From the NCBI GenBank assembly GCA_052426225.1, contig JBNJNM010000015.1, forward strand, positions 744,001 to 808,000: 64,000 nt of DNA. The letters run 5' to 3'. The notes beneath the pieces are model-generated. The model was not told the origin of the DNA. It did no database searches and saw nothing but the letters and a program-made list of their open reading frames with translations. Below, in pieces: positions 25,442-37,977 of the stretch. Made by a program: the position numbers and the translations under genes. How positions within the stretch are numbered: the first letter of the stretch is position 1; every line of letters starts with the position of its first letter. The stretch comes from Zancudomyces culisetae HAW-14-8 (lineage: Eukaryota; Fungi; Kickxellomycota).

Positions 25442-28400
25442 TCTCAATCTACCATACGTTTGTGTCAATTACTATGTTTTTTGTTGGTAATATGATATGT
25501 TGTTAAACAACACCTTTGGGCATGGTAGAGGTTATATATACTCACAAACCTTCCACAGCTATTTTGGTGCTAGTAGTTTTAACAGCTTTTCTGGGGTGAT
25601 TATGAAAGTGGTAAATGTGTTTTTCGAATTTTGGGTTTTGTGTAAAAAACTTCATATTCAAATAATTCCTCATCCCCAAAGCTACTATACAAGAGAATAT
25701 TTATTGTAACAGCATTACAAACTACAGCAGTTTAGCTCACTCTTTTAACTAACACAGTATTTCAACATTTAGTCCGGACACTCAAGATACCTGAAGCCAA
25801 TTATTTTATTTTTGCATTAACACAACTCAAATTTGCTATTATAATTAACACACATAAAAGAGTTCTTTGGGCGTAAATTCTCCATTTTTTAGAGCAAATA
25901 TAATATATATTTGTAATAAACAATTTTTTTTGATCGATGAATTTATATTTTCTGTATTTGTATGGTGTGATTTTTACTTTAAGAGGAGCATAAAGTAGAT
26001 AAACCTCTTTGTATAGTACTGTTCTAGCGCTTTTAAGGTTTTCCCGAGGTTACAAGAGAGATAAACAAAGTGATAACAAGGCTAAGCCAATTCCGTTGTG
26101 TTTCAAGTAATTATTTTGTGGTTTATGTGTAGAGTGATAGCTAATTAGCCCCTGTTGTTTTTTTTTTGGAATTGAAAGCAAATAGACATTTGGAATGGTT
26201 GAGGTCCTATTATCGAATTTTGCCAAAGGATTGTTTGTGTAACATCTTTGCAAGCAAATTTCAGTCGGAATGGGGTTTTTTTTTATAAAAATGCTATGTA
26301 ACCATGAGTACATATATCGAGGATTACTTTAAACTGCCATTCAGCTTTTCGTGTTATTTACGACTATGCGTCGCACCCAACCTCCATTTTTCTCTGTAGT
26401 AAGAATAATTTGCCAAATTTATAATATAATTTCTCGCAAATGCCGATTATACATAGATATTGTGGATTCGAAAAATTCAGGTAGATTTCTAAAATACACT
26501 TATACAATCAGCTGTCCTGCTCTCCCCCCAAAAAAACTAAAACGAGGTCTACAAGTCAAAAATAGCCAACTAATTCTTTATACGAATGAAGCCTTTCTAG
26601 CTCTCATTCAGAGTGAGCTAAAATACTAAAATAATACCTAGTACATTAAAAATATGCCTTAAATAGCTCTTAGAAGTCACACTTAACAGACATCCTAAAA
26701 TATCTAAAGAGCTTCCCGCTCACCAACATATCACTTCACAATTTACAGTGCTACCCTCAAGAAGCTCTTCGCGTGAGAGAAGTAATCCCTAATATATTGA
26801 CATGATTCTCGCTGTTGAACTATTCAGTCGTAAAAAACTACGCTTTACGGAGGGAGAGCGGCAGCGGCGGCGGAGGGGGGGGGGGGGTTATACACAGTTA
26901 AGTTTGAGTCAGAAAGTGATTTGTTCCTGTCACACTATTCTTGCGGCCTATGCCCAACTCTGATCATATTTTAACTGAACCCAATATATTGTATCTGGAC
27001 TTGAACACATACTAGCCGCTAATATTGCCGTTATTTTTACTTGTAAAACACCATCAACCGAGGTATTGAATATCTAATATCAGCGAAAATAAGCTGAAAT
27101 GTTTTTTATCTCGTTGAACATAAACAGTGCTAAGGTTACGTTTCTTGAGAGTGCTTCAATTGAGATCTATATATTTTAAGGTATCGGGATAAACGTCTCC
27201 AACTCCAGAATAGTGGCAGTAAAATATACATTTCCTGTACATTTTTGGATGTAATACCACCGCTCAAATAACCCCTAAGCTACATCGAGTCTATCACTAG
27301 ATATTTGTATTTTAATTTTATCAGCTTTTAAATCCTGCGTTACTGATACACAGAATTGCACCTAAAGTCTTTTAGACAACTTGTTCAATTGCTCCCAAAT
27401 AATTGTTTATGTATAAATTAATTTATCTTGATATACAACTGAAGGTTATAGAGTACATTCAAAAAACACAAACTAAATTCTTGTGAATTCATAAAGCGCA
27501 ACTACTATGTCTGATATTTTTGTTGTTCACATATATTACCAATGTTTGTTGTTGTATTGATTTTTATTTCATTTTATTAATAAATAATGTAAAAGGTTAA
27601 GAATGGGAAATAGACGGTTGTCGTACATTTTAAATGTACTTTGGTTGAGCACACAACTTGATCAAAGTTTAAGCGTTAATTTATCTGATTCTCCGTTTTC
27701 TCTGATAATCAATATTTTATATCGCTTAAATTATAGTTTTCACTTTTATGCACATTTTTCTTAGTATGAGGCTATAATTTACTCGACTGTGCGGAGATAA
27801 ATAAAAGCTGTCAGTCTCTAGGAATACATTCTGTCTGAGCTGTCTGTATCATTTTCAAATCTATCAACCAAGGGTGTTTACTAGGATCTGAATGCTTTTA
27901 TTTAAGAAAAGCCTCTTATCAAACCACTATAACGGGATATCGAACCTCAATACATACCAAAGTGGTACGAATTATGTGATGGTTATTTCATTGGGCAAGT
28001 ATCCTGTAAACTGGGTTGATTGTTCTGAAATGTATCTCACATGATCTATTTAGGCAAACTGTGGTTATGACTGACATGGTACCTTAGTGCGGTCAGTGTA
28101 AATCTCATACGATACATTGCTAGTTAGTCATACAGTATGCTTAATAGGTATTCGAGAGAAACGAGATGCTTTTATCGTGATACAGATAAGATTCCTTCCT
28201 TGTAATCGTAACTTTACTATCAGGTTTATATTATTTTCTGATTATCTGCTTATATACACCAGACTACTTTTCAAGTTTTACTTTTTAACTACCTCAAACA
28301 CAATCAACAGACTTATCGACATTCAATGTGGATACTGCGTGTATAGTTTTAGTACTACCGATCCGAACTACGCGGGTTAGGTAATTCCTAAGGAAGAAAA

Positions 28401-28991
28401 ATTTAAATACTTCTATCTCATAGATACTAGTCAGTACATTCACTCAATTTCTATTATCTTTAACAATTATTATTAATTCTTAATTATTTGTTCCTTATTT
28501 AAAGTTAATATTTGCTATTTGAAGAAAGTCACCATAATAATCATAAAACATACAATTTTTGTTTATATTTAATTGTGTGAGCCTATATGATTTTTAAATA
28601 AACATCTAAAATACAAAAGTAACAGCTTTGATAGGTTTCGTTAAAAAATAAAATGCTGTAAATGTAATAAATGAAAAAGACTTACAAGGTAAAACACATA
28701 AGGAATACAAGCTCAGATCAGCTATGTAGCTGGATAGACCTAAACATTTGTTTACCAAGTTTTAACTTTTTTATTTATTCAAATGGAATTAACTTTGATT
28801 GTAAAACAAATATTTATGAGTATATGGATCTGTATACTCTAATAACAATATTATCATAAAGAGATAGAGAGAATGAGAGAGAGAAAGAAAAAGAGGGTAG
28901 AAGAAAGAGAGGGTGAAATAGAGAGAATCAGAGCAAGATTAAATATATATAAGAATATAGTAATTGACTTATTACTAATATGCGTGAACAA

Positions 28992-30284
28992 TTACCCACT
29001 GATATTATTATATCCCAACAAATTTGGTGACCTAGCGCCAATATTTGAGAGTACCCCCTTAATTCCTGATGAAAGGATCTTATCACGTAATTGCTGCACG
29101 CTGAGCTTTTTTGATGAGGTCATAATATAGTATGCTGCAAGCCCTGAAATATGTGGTGCTGCCATGCTCGTACCTGAATAAATCGCTGTTGCTGTATTGG
29201 ATCCCTTAAATGCTGAAGTAATGCTTTTTCCAGGCGCAAAAATGTCTACACAGGCTCCGTAACACGAAGTTGACGCCCTAGTATCTGTGATATCTGTTGC
29301 TCCAACTACTATTACTTCTTTTGCTGACGCTGGTGAATACTTGCATGCATCATCCCCAGAGTTTCCAGCTGCTGATACAAACAGTACTCCCGATTTTATC
29401 GAGTTATTAATTACTTGATTCATAGCGGAACTGAAAACGCCACCAAGCGACATGTTAATGATGCCTTTTACTACTACGGATCCATTTACTGTGCCACTAT
29501 TTTGAGCTTTAACTCTATTCAATACATAGTTTATCCCCGCAATTACGTCTGATGTATAACCAGTGCCTTTTGCACCTAACACTTTGACTGCAACTAGCTT
29601 AGCTTTCTTGGCAACTCCATACGTCTTTCCTGCTACTATTCCTGCTACATGAGTCCCGTGTCCATTATCATCTACACTTGTTGCATTTCTAACAAACGTT
29701 GCACCCCATGAAGCTCGTCCCTCAAATTCTTGGTGTTTGAGATTAATTCCTGTGTCTAGTACATATACAGTGGCATCCTGGTAATATGTCGAGCCAAATA
29801 AATATGTTCGATATGTTTGTGCGGTTAGTTTTTTTCTATGTGATATTCTTGCTAATCCCCACGGTGCTGATGTTTGAACGGCTTCAGAAAATACTACTGA
29901 ATCACTTTCTACGTAATCAACAATGGTTGAATTATTGATTTTATCTAAAAGCTCTTTATTGAATACACCTGAATAGCCTACAATCGGACTTTGAAACACA
30001 TGTCTGACAATGTTGCAGGGGTAGCGACTCTCCGAGTTGAGTACAGATATATTTGAATTCAACTTTTCTAAATGTTTAATAAATTTACTGTCAGATGTTT
30101 TAATGCCAGGCTTCAGCACCACAATATAATTGTTTTTGATGTCATCGCTATCATCAGTGCCATTTGCGCTATCGATGTTATCATTACTGTTATCACTATT
30201 GCCATCACCGTTTGCAATTGAAGTGGCAATACCAAGAATTGTATTGAGGCTCAAATATACCAGGATAAATGATTTCAGATACAT
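28992..30284 (-). CDS. secreted subtilisin (S8A, proteinase K-like) with I9 propeptide
   Basis: Signal peptide, propeptide (YIVVLK...VDYVE.D), mature start APWGLARISHR, intact triad VLDTG / HGTHVAG / GTSMAAPH. Confidence 0.96.
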   Translation of the reverse strand: MYLKSFILVYLSLNTILGIATSIANGDGNSDNSNDNIDSANGTDDSDDIKNNYIVVLKPGIKTSDSKFIKHLEKLNSNISVLNSESRYPCNIVRHVFQSPIVGYSGVFNKELLDKINNSTIVDYVESDSVVFSEAVQTSAPWGLARISHRKKLTAQTYRTYLFGSTYYQDATVYVLDTGINLKHQEFEGRASWGATFVRNATSVDDNGHGTHVAGIVAGKTYGVAKKAKLVAVKVLGAKGTGYTSDVIAGINYVLNRVKAQNSGTVNGSVVVKGIINMSLGGVFSSAMNQVINNSIKSGVLFVSAAGNSGDDACKYSPASAKEVIVVGATDITDTRASTSCYGACVDIFAPGKSITSAFKGSNTATAIYSGTSMAAPHISGLAAYYIMTSSKKLSVQQLRDKILSSGIKGVLSNIGARSPNLLGYNNISG

Positions 30285-31539
30285 AATTCAAATCAAAGTA
30301 TATAAATATTACCTAGTAATAAAGAACTATATTAATGAACAAAAATAGATTTTAATGAAAAAGGCATGTAATATTTTAAATTAGTAATACAAAGGCTTGA
30401 AAAACTCTAAATCTCTTTATACGTCTTTTTATACTGTTTCAATGTGTCTACCTATTTTTTTTAAGCGAATGTCCTTTTCGATTACTATATACCTTAGATT
30501 TCGAAAGTCTACACAAAATAGTAAAACCAAAAAGGCTAGTAATCGTATAGACTCGACGTGCAAAAACTGATCTAGCTTGTTCTGGTTCTAACTCTTGGGT
30601 ATACGTCGTTGTATTGACAAACTTGTAGGAGAAAATGCTATTAATTGCGGTTAGCTTATAATGTTCACATGAAACGTGACAATGTAAGTGTAGAAAGAGT
30701 AGATTAATATAAAATACTTTTGAAGCGTATATGGTTTGCAAAAATCATTTTCTCTACCTTCCCCCAGTAAAATCCTATTCACGCGATATGATCATCCCTA
30801 TTTTTTTTTCGCAATAGAAAATATTTACTTGAAAACGGGTATAGACTACAGTTCACCTGAAAAAGCATATTCGCTGACATGGCTATAATTCAGCGACCAG
30901 TCAATAATTCCCTGCAGTTTCTGTTGTCATCTAAGTGCCGATATGATTTGGTATTAAATTAATTATCAATGATTACTTTTAATATTGTTTGTAATGGTCA
31001 AAAAAGAAATTAGAAAGAGTTGTAAGATTTTGACAATAGACATCGTTGTACATCATGAGTGTACTTTGTGTGATAATCTATTGTGAACTTAAGGCTAGAG
31101 ACTCGTATTCAATTTCTGTTCGGTTGAATTTTGTGTACAAGTTGAATTTACTTGTGAAATTGATTCGAATATATTGCGCATATTGAGCCTAATTTTTTGA
31201 TAAGGTTTATTTGTAATTATTGATTTAATTCCCATGAGACGAAATGCTGAAGAATTTACACACAGTGGAATAGTTCTATATAAATTTAAAATTTGATTCT
31301 CAGTTAAAATCAAACAGAAGAGTCTAATTTAATACTACCATCCAATACCTTCACCAGGTAACTTGGAGATAAAGACAGAATATCAAGATAATATTGAGTC
31401 ATGGAGATACTCGAAATCGCTAATGAAAAGTTGTAATTTAAAAATACTTTGAATGATGTTGTACTAATAAGAGTGACTAAAATTTAGTTAAAGAACTAAA
31501 CTGAAAGTTTGGCAGTCATGAATAACAGAATATAGCCCC

Positions 31540-32292
31540 TGTCGTGTGTATTCCGATGTCGATCGGAATTCACATTTTATAACAATTATTTAATTTACTA
31601 CATAAACAATCAACTAACATTCTATTAAAAGTTGATCACTGAAAATACTATGATAATTATTTTTTTTGAAAATATATATAATAACACAAAAAAAATTATA
31701 AAACGAAAAATACAATTAAAAAGATTATAGGAAATCAACATTCAAATATAGGAACAATATGAAAACGAAAACGAAGTAACAACGATAACACACGATACAA
31801 CTCAGAATATACAATAGAAACATAGGTTATTTGAATTAGCTTTTATTAGGTTAAATAAAATAGTATATATATAAGCGAAGGAAGACTCGATGAGGATTCC
31901 TCAGCTCTTTTGATAGTTTTAATAAGAAAAAGGAAAGTAAGATAAATAAATATCAATTCAGAATTAAAATCCAGGTTTAGGATAATTAAGAAGTTTATTA
32001 GGAATAGTGCTACGGCTAGTTAATGAATATTAAGTTTTGACATATTAGAAACTATTAAAATCTCACTTAAAGAATGTCAGGCTTCATGAGTAAATTTAGA
32101 CCCAGATGGATCCAGTCAGAAAAAGATGAGGGCAGATACTCATCTGATAGTGACCGTTCGGGAGCCACTTCTATGGAAGTGGATCCCAAAGAATCACGTG
32201 ACCCATTTGCTGATATTATGGATCATGTTTTTTTACAATTGAAAACCCCGACAAAGGATGAGGCTGCACCCAACCTCACCCGACACCCCTAA
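31540..32292 (+). mobile_element. 5' remnant of a Ty3/gypsy (Tf1/sushi-like) LTR retrotransposon: LTR 31540-32042, PBS-like 32043-32060, truncated gag-like ORF 32074-32292
   Basis: TGTC...GACA ends and a TATA at ~31864. The sequence right after the LTR is complementary to 31908-31924. A short acidic ORF follows and stops abruptly. Confidence 0.6.
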
Positions 32293-34809
32293 TAGCATAG
32301 CACCATAAAAATACTTTAATAAATACATGTGATTTGGGGTAGTTTGATTTTAATTTATCTACAACAAAATGATCGCGTGGTAAGGTAATTCACGCTACCA
32401 ATTTAATTGCAAGCACGTAAAAATAAAAGTAAAAGTAAAATCTGAGAACTATCCGATATATTAATGATTGAATAAAAGTATGGTAGTTAGTGGTTTAATG
32501 CTAGACACTCTCCTATGATTCCATATCATGACTTTAACCTTATTTTCTTATAAAAATAGTTAATCCATAAATGTTGAAAAATGTGTAGTTAAATATACGC
32601 AATAAAATAAAGCAGGTGGATCTAGAACTGAATCTAATTGTGCTTAAACTGGATTAAGTATTCTCAACAGATGATGTTGGCTCTGGGATATTATTTTATT
32701 AAATGATCAATAGAGTTTATCAAAATGTAAATTTTTAATAGTTTAGAATTGAAGCAATTTAGTTTTATTTTAACAAAATTCAACGAATGTATTAGTTTTA
32801 TAAACATAATCCAAAACCATTATGAAGAGAAAGTGCAGAGAATATTTTGAAAAATAAAAAAAACCAATTGTCAAATAAATTTTGGTAATCTTTAAAAACA
32901 GATAATACAAGGGGGTTTAGCTAATATCCACAATTATGAGTACTGAAAATTATTTAACTTGTACACACAGTGCATTTTTCAAAATTTTGAGCAATAAGTG
33001 AGCGTGATGGTTGTGAATCTATGTATTTTCTTGGAGAGCATTATGATTTAAATTTTACTTATTACTGTTTAACAAATGGTATAGAATTAATGTGTGTAAC
33101 ATGCTATTTGAATTGGTTTCCTAGACACCAGCGTTTAAGTAAAAACCTAGAACTATAAAATTATATAAATATACCAAATAAAAAATTCTTAAATTTGTAG
33201 CTCTATGTTCGATGTAGTTAATGACTGGTATCACTGCCAAAACCAGTTAAGAAATAAAATAATATAAATTGTCAACCCCTACTTCCCGTCTACTCATTGT
33301 TACCATTTTAGTAACTTCGGAAATGTAATTAAGATGTATTTGTTATCCAGATATAACAATAATAAAATCATTCACTGTATTCATCGAAAGGTTTACACAA
33401 CTTACTATATAGCGATCTTTTATAGTATATCTAAATTTAATTCTATTACCTGTACATATGTGTTTACTACATAATATATTTTGTTTTGTATAGTTAAACA
33501 AATCTAAATTCGGAAATAGTCACATTTTGGATAGTGCAGTTTTGTACTTAAACACTCCTAATAGTCCTTTTTAGCAAACCATCTACGTATTAGAATTTAA
33601 TCTTATGAATAACAATAAGATTTTAAGAAGTAAAGCCCAAGGCTAAACTCGCACTAAATTGGTTTATCCAAACAATTGAAGCAATCAAGGCTTTAGCAAA
33701 CAGTAATTTGATTCAAAATTGCTAAATTATATAATCAAAGTTGGAGGTGTCATATAAAAAAAAAAATGTCTTTTAATATTTTAATAATAATATAACCACG
33801 TTCACCAAAGATTTACTAACTATTACGTGTGTGGTTCTAAATAGTCTTTTTGTAAAAAGTTAATTGGTTTAAAAGTGTTATACTTGCTTATTTAAAATGT
33901 AGGTTAATAAATGTGAATGAATATTTTGGAAAATAATTTTTATTCTGAATAATAAGGTGTTAAGAAAAACTCTCACTAAAAAACTTAAGCCTTATATATA
34001 AAACTAACTATACTAAATATTAGTAACTATAATATATAAAAATAACTATACTATATAATAATTTAATATAAATAAACCTAGAACTAAATAACTAATATAC
34101 TCCGGACTTCTAGAGTATTCGAGGTGAGTTTTAATAATTGAATTAATAACTAAATTTCTAGATAAACCTTAAATATATCCACTATATGACAGAGGTACTG
34201 AATTCTGTAGATGCTATTGGGCTAGTAGAATATTTTTTACAACTTTTAACTTGCTTAAATCTGCAAAATAAAAGTTAAACCCAAAGCCATTTTTTTGATT
34301 CTACTAATATTTAATTGTGAGTACCAGTTCAACAGCGGTCAACTACTTTGTTGTATAGCTAATACTCAATACTAACTCTCATTTGATTCAAAAATCAAGA
34401 GTGATTATCTGATTTTGACCTATCTATCAGGAATTTGAGCACAGTTAATATTGCTGGATTTTTTTATCCTTTGTGTGGATAAATTCAACATATCCTAGGG
34501 TTAGCAACCAGACCTTGTTTCTATGATATTTCATTAACTGTGGAGATAAATGTATCACAGGTCTATTCTAAATAATATCTAAAAAGTATTAGCCTAAACA
34601 GTTTTTTTTAGTTATTTTTCTTTGAATGGGTAGTATATTCGCTCGGCTTTACTTTGAACTCTTTTTGAATATATTGTGGTCACAGTTGATTGTTAAAGTG
34701 ATTTTATTATAAAATTGCCTCTTCATGTTTTTTAAAAGAATGAAAGTTGAAATAAAAATCCATGCAGTTAATGTTCTATTTAATAGGATGAAAATCTAAA
34801 ACCTAGAAA

Positions 34810-35364
34810 TTAGGTTCTCTTGACCTTGAGCCAAGCAAATGAAACTGCATTTCCACCAAGAACATCAGCTACATTGGCGATGGTCTTGGATGATGATCTA
34901 CGGACCACTTGGCATTTTCCAGTACAATCCTTTGCTGCACAGACCACAATAACACCCTTTCCTGGCTTGGTCAATCCACTCTTCTTTCCAAGCTTGATTG
35001 ATGCGAATTCATCAGTGTTGTAGCACTTTCCGCGTCTGACGCTGCGCTTGCTGATTTTTTGGCCAAAGTTGGCAGCCTTGTACAATCTAACACTTGTTCT
35101 CTTGGCCTTGCGTCCACCACGGCCACGACCACGCATATCATTGAATTCACAACCAGACATATCGTTGTTGTATTCGGAATCAGCTAGGTAGTTGTCGTAT
35201 TCAGAATCAGCTAGATCATTGTTGTATTCAGCATTAGCAAGATCGTTGTTGTATTTGGAATCGGCAAGGTCATTGTTGTATTCCTGCTGGGCATTGTTTA
35301 GTTTTACTGCACTGGCCATGGTTGAACCTAGGAGCAAGGCACTGACTAGTACTGATTTGAACAT
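34810..35364 (-). CDS. small secreted pre-pro protein: acidic 9-aa repeats plus cationic beta/gamma-crystallin-like domain
   Basis: Signal peptide, 5 x EYNNDLADS-like units, KAKR dibasic site, Greek-key-like motifs LYKAANFG..SIK and VCAAKDCTG..VSF. TATA-like element ~100 bp upstream. The fold assignment is by eye. Confidence 0.85.
   Translation of the reverse strand: MFKSVLVSALLLGSTMASAVKLNNAQQEYNNDLADSKYNNDLANAEYNNDLADSEYDNYLADSEYNNDMSGCEFNDMRGRGRGGRKAKRTSVRLYKAANFGQKISKRSVRRGKCYNTDEFASIKLGKKSGLTKPGKGVIVVCAAKDCTGKCQVVRRSSSKTIANVADVLGGNAVSFAWLKVKRT
35149..35283. repeat. 27-bp coding tandem repeat, 5 units
   Basis: Encodes EYNNDLADS/KYNNDLANA/EYNNDLADS/EYDNYLADS/EYNNDMSGC. Confidence 0.85.
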
Positions 35365-37977
35365 TTTGGCTATTTGTGGTTTCTGTTGGTTTGTTTTTGG
35401 ACTATTTGTTTTATTTCCTGTTGAAACGATGTTGTGTTTTGTTTAAATTATGTGGTAAAAACCTTACCTTATATACTTTTGATAAAGGCACAATAGTCTC
35501 ACAATTCACATTATTAATAGGCTAATACACAAGATAATGTGAATACCATTGAATAGTTTGTATACGTTGTAATACATTAGTAAATTGTTTTGTGGAGGAG
35601 GCTTTGTACATCAATATTGTGGTCTAGAATAGTATCAATAACACATAGGTATCTTGGAATACACCAGTTTCTTGCAATAATATTGTATTCTATAATATAT
35701 TCATACATCTAGCTTAATTGAATAAACTCACTTTTAAATTCTAGCAATTGTACATTTTTTTATTTTGAGGGTAATTTAAAGTTATTCTGCTCTTGACCTG
35801 GTTTTTATTTGAAGCTGGTGTAGTTGAATAGATCTGCGTTTATCAATTTTGTGTATTGGAGAAGCACTATCTGAAATTTCACTGGCAGAGAATAAAAAAT
35901 AGAGGGAGACAAACTCTGTTTATAGTGTAAATAGTGGTTTTAGAAGATAATAGTTGTAATTCCGTTCGCCAGAGTTGTATCCATTCGCTTGTAGCAATTA
36001 TATTGGAACAGCGAATTTGTAGATCAAGAAATATATTAATTTTGAAATGGACAATGAACTAGCCAATTTAACTTTTGTTAATAAAAGTTTACTGGGTATA
36101 TTATGATCAACTAAAAAAATCAAGAACACTTTTGATAATAAGAAAAAGCCAGAATTTCGGTGATCAATTTCGTTAAACTTCGTTGCTGCCACATATCAAA
36201 AGTTTAGGTATATAGTGAATTTAATTTATTTCCTAGAAATTAAATAGGAATTAATTAAAATCGAAGTCTAGGCGTAGATTGAACCAACAGCTGGTAAGTA
36301 TGGAGTTCTTAGAAAGACAAAATAAGAGTGATTGGATAATCATGTATGTTACTTTTTCGCTTCTATATTGGTGTTTATTTAATAAGTTCGTTGTGCAAGT
36401 GTAATATTTCTATATACATGTCCTCAATATTCATTTTTGTCATGGTTTTTTCCCTTTCAAATCCTCTTCAACCATTCCGCAGAGTTTATAGACCTTGGGC
36501 TTAATTTATTATATCTGTATAGTTTATTACATTATTTTTTGCTTATCATATGTTTGTTTTGACATGATAATCAAGTCAATACTTCATAGTAGCGTGTATG
36601 AATCAACTAGACTATGTGGTATACTAGCACAAATACCAAACATGCCGTAACTGTTTAGTATTTCTTGGATGGTTTCAACTCTTGCAATTCTCTTTCTAGT
36701 TTCAAGTATCCAGCAAATATTTAAACTTGTTCTTGACTTGTCACACCCAGAACTGAAAGATTGATGCTAGTGAAATTTCGTGTGACTCTTTATTTCTTGG
36801 CTTGGTCAAAATAATTAAACAGTTAATAACTGATCTGAACAAATATTTATTTGTTAAAAACAACTGGTGATAACCAATGTTTGGCTGACTCTTGATAAAC
36901 ATATTTGATTAATCCGACTAAAAACCGTTAAAGCAGGATAATTTGATCAGAAAGAGATAATATTTGGTACTGTAGATTATTGTGGGATGTACCCCTGTCT
37001 GAAAGAAGTATAAAATAAGCGAAAAAATGTTGAAACCAAACGGTTTACAATTTTCCATCAGGATCATATGATAATGGTGGGAATTACCCCTATCTGAAAT
37101 ATAAGCAACTTTGCAAAATTAAATGCTAAAAACCAAACATTTACAAATCATCAGTAGTATCAATAAAGCTAATTAATAAGCTTTTCGAGTCAGTAGTGGT
37201 ATTTACTTAATTTATATACTCTAATAGTGATTATAGTTTTTAATGATAATTCAAGATGTAAGTACATTTTCCAAAACAACTTTTGCTGTAAATTCCTCCG
37301 AATAGACTAACTTCCACCAAATGCATTTGCCATTTAATGTTATTTTTTTAACTTTTTCATATCAAAGCACTTGGGAATAACAAATAAATGTACGTAATAC
37401 AATATATTAAAATAAAAGAAAAAAACAAACTAAATATAATTTCAATCCGCATTTCAAGGATTTTAATTATTAATGAATACTTGATATGCCGCTAATAGTG
37501 CTATTTATCGATTTTTTTTGCATCTATATTTGAAAATATTATTTCAAATCACCGATTATTCTAATTACAATAAAAACAAATTCAACATTGGTTTAAAAGA
37601 TTTTTTGTATTAAAATGCTGAAAATATAAAAAATATTACATCAACTTTCTTCATTTATTATAGTAATATGTGCAATTATACCTATTTTGCAACAAAGTAA
37701 ATCATGATCTAAACCTTGAAACAAAATAAAAACAAAGAAACACATCAGTAAGAGTAAAACCCAGATTCTAGTTAGTTTAGAACAAAAACTAGAGTTAACG
37801 AAATTTATAAAACAAAATTAGTAAATGTCTAATATGACGGGGTTGTAATAAAATGTTATCAGCTCAGGTTATGTATATAAAGGGTATTACCAGGACTTTA
37901 GTATTACAACCTGGTTATACACAAACTTTTTAAAAACTTAAATCTCAAAAGTAACTAATTAAAACTAATATTTTAAA

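Noticed and set aside
26850-26888. GC-rich/poly-G run (G-quadruplex potential)
   Set aside because: Isolated homopolymer with no associated feature
33958-34250. Possible solo LTR starting TGTTAAG
   Set aside because: No matching CA terminus or TSD found
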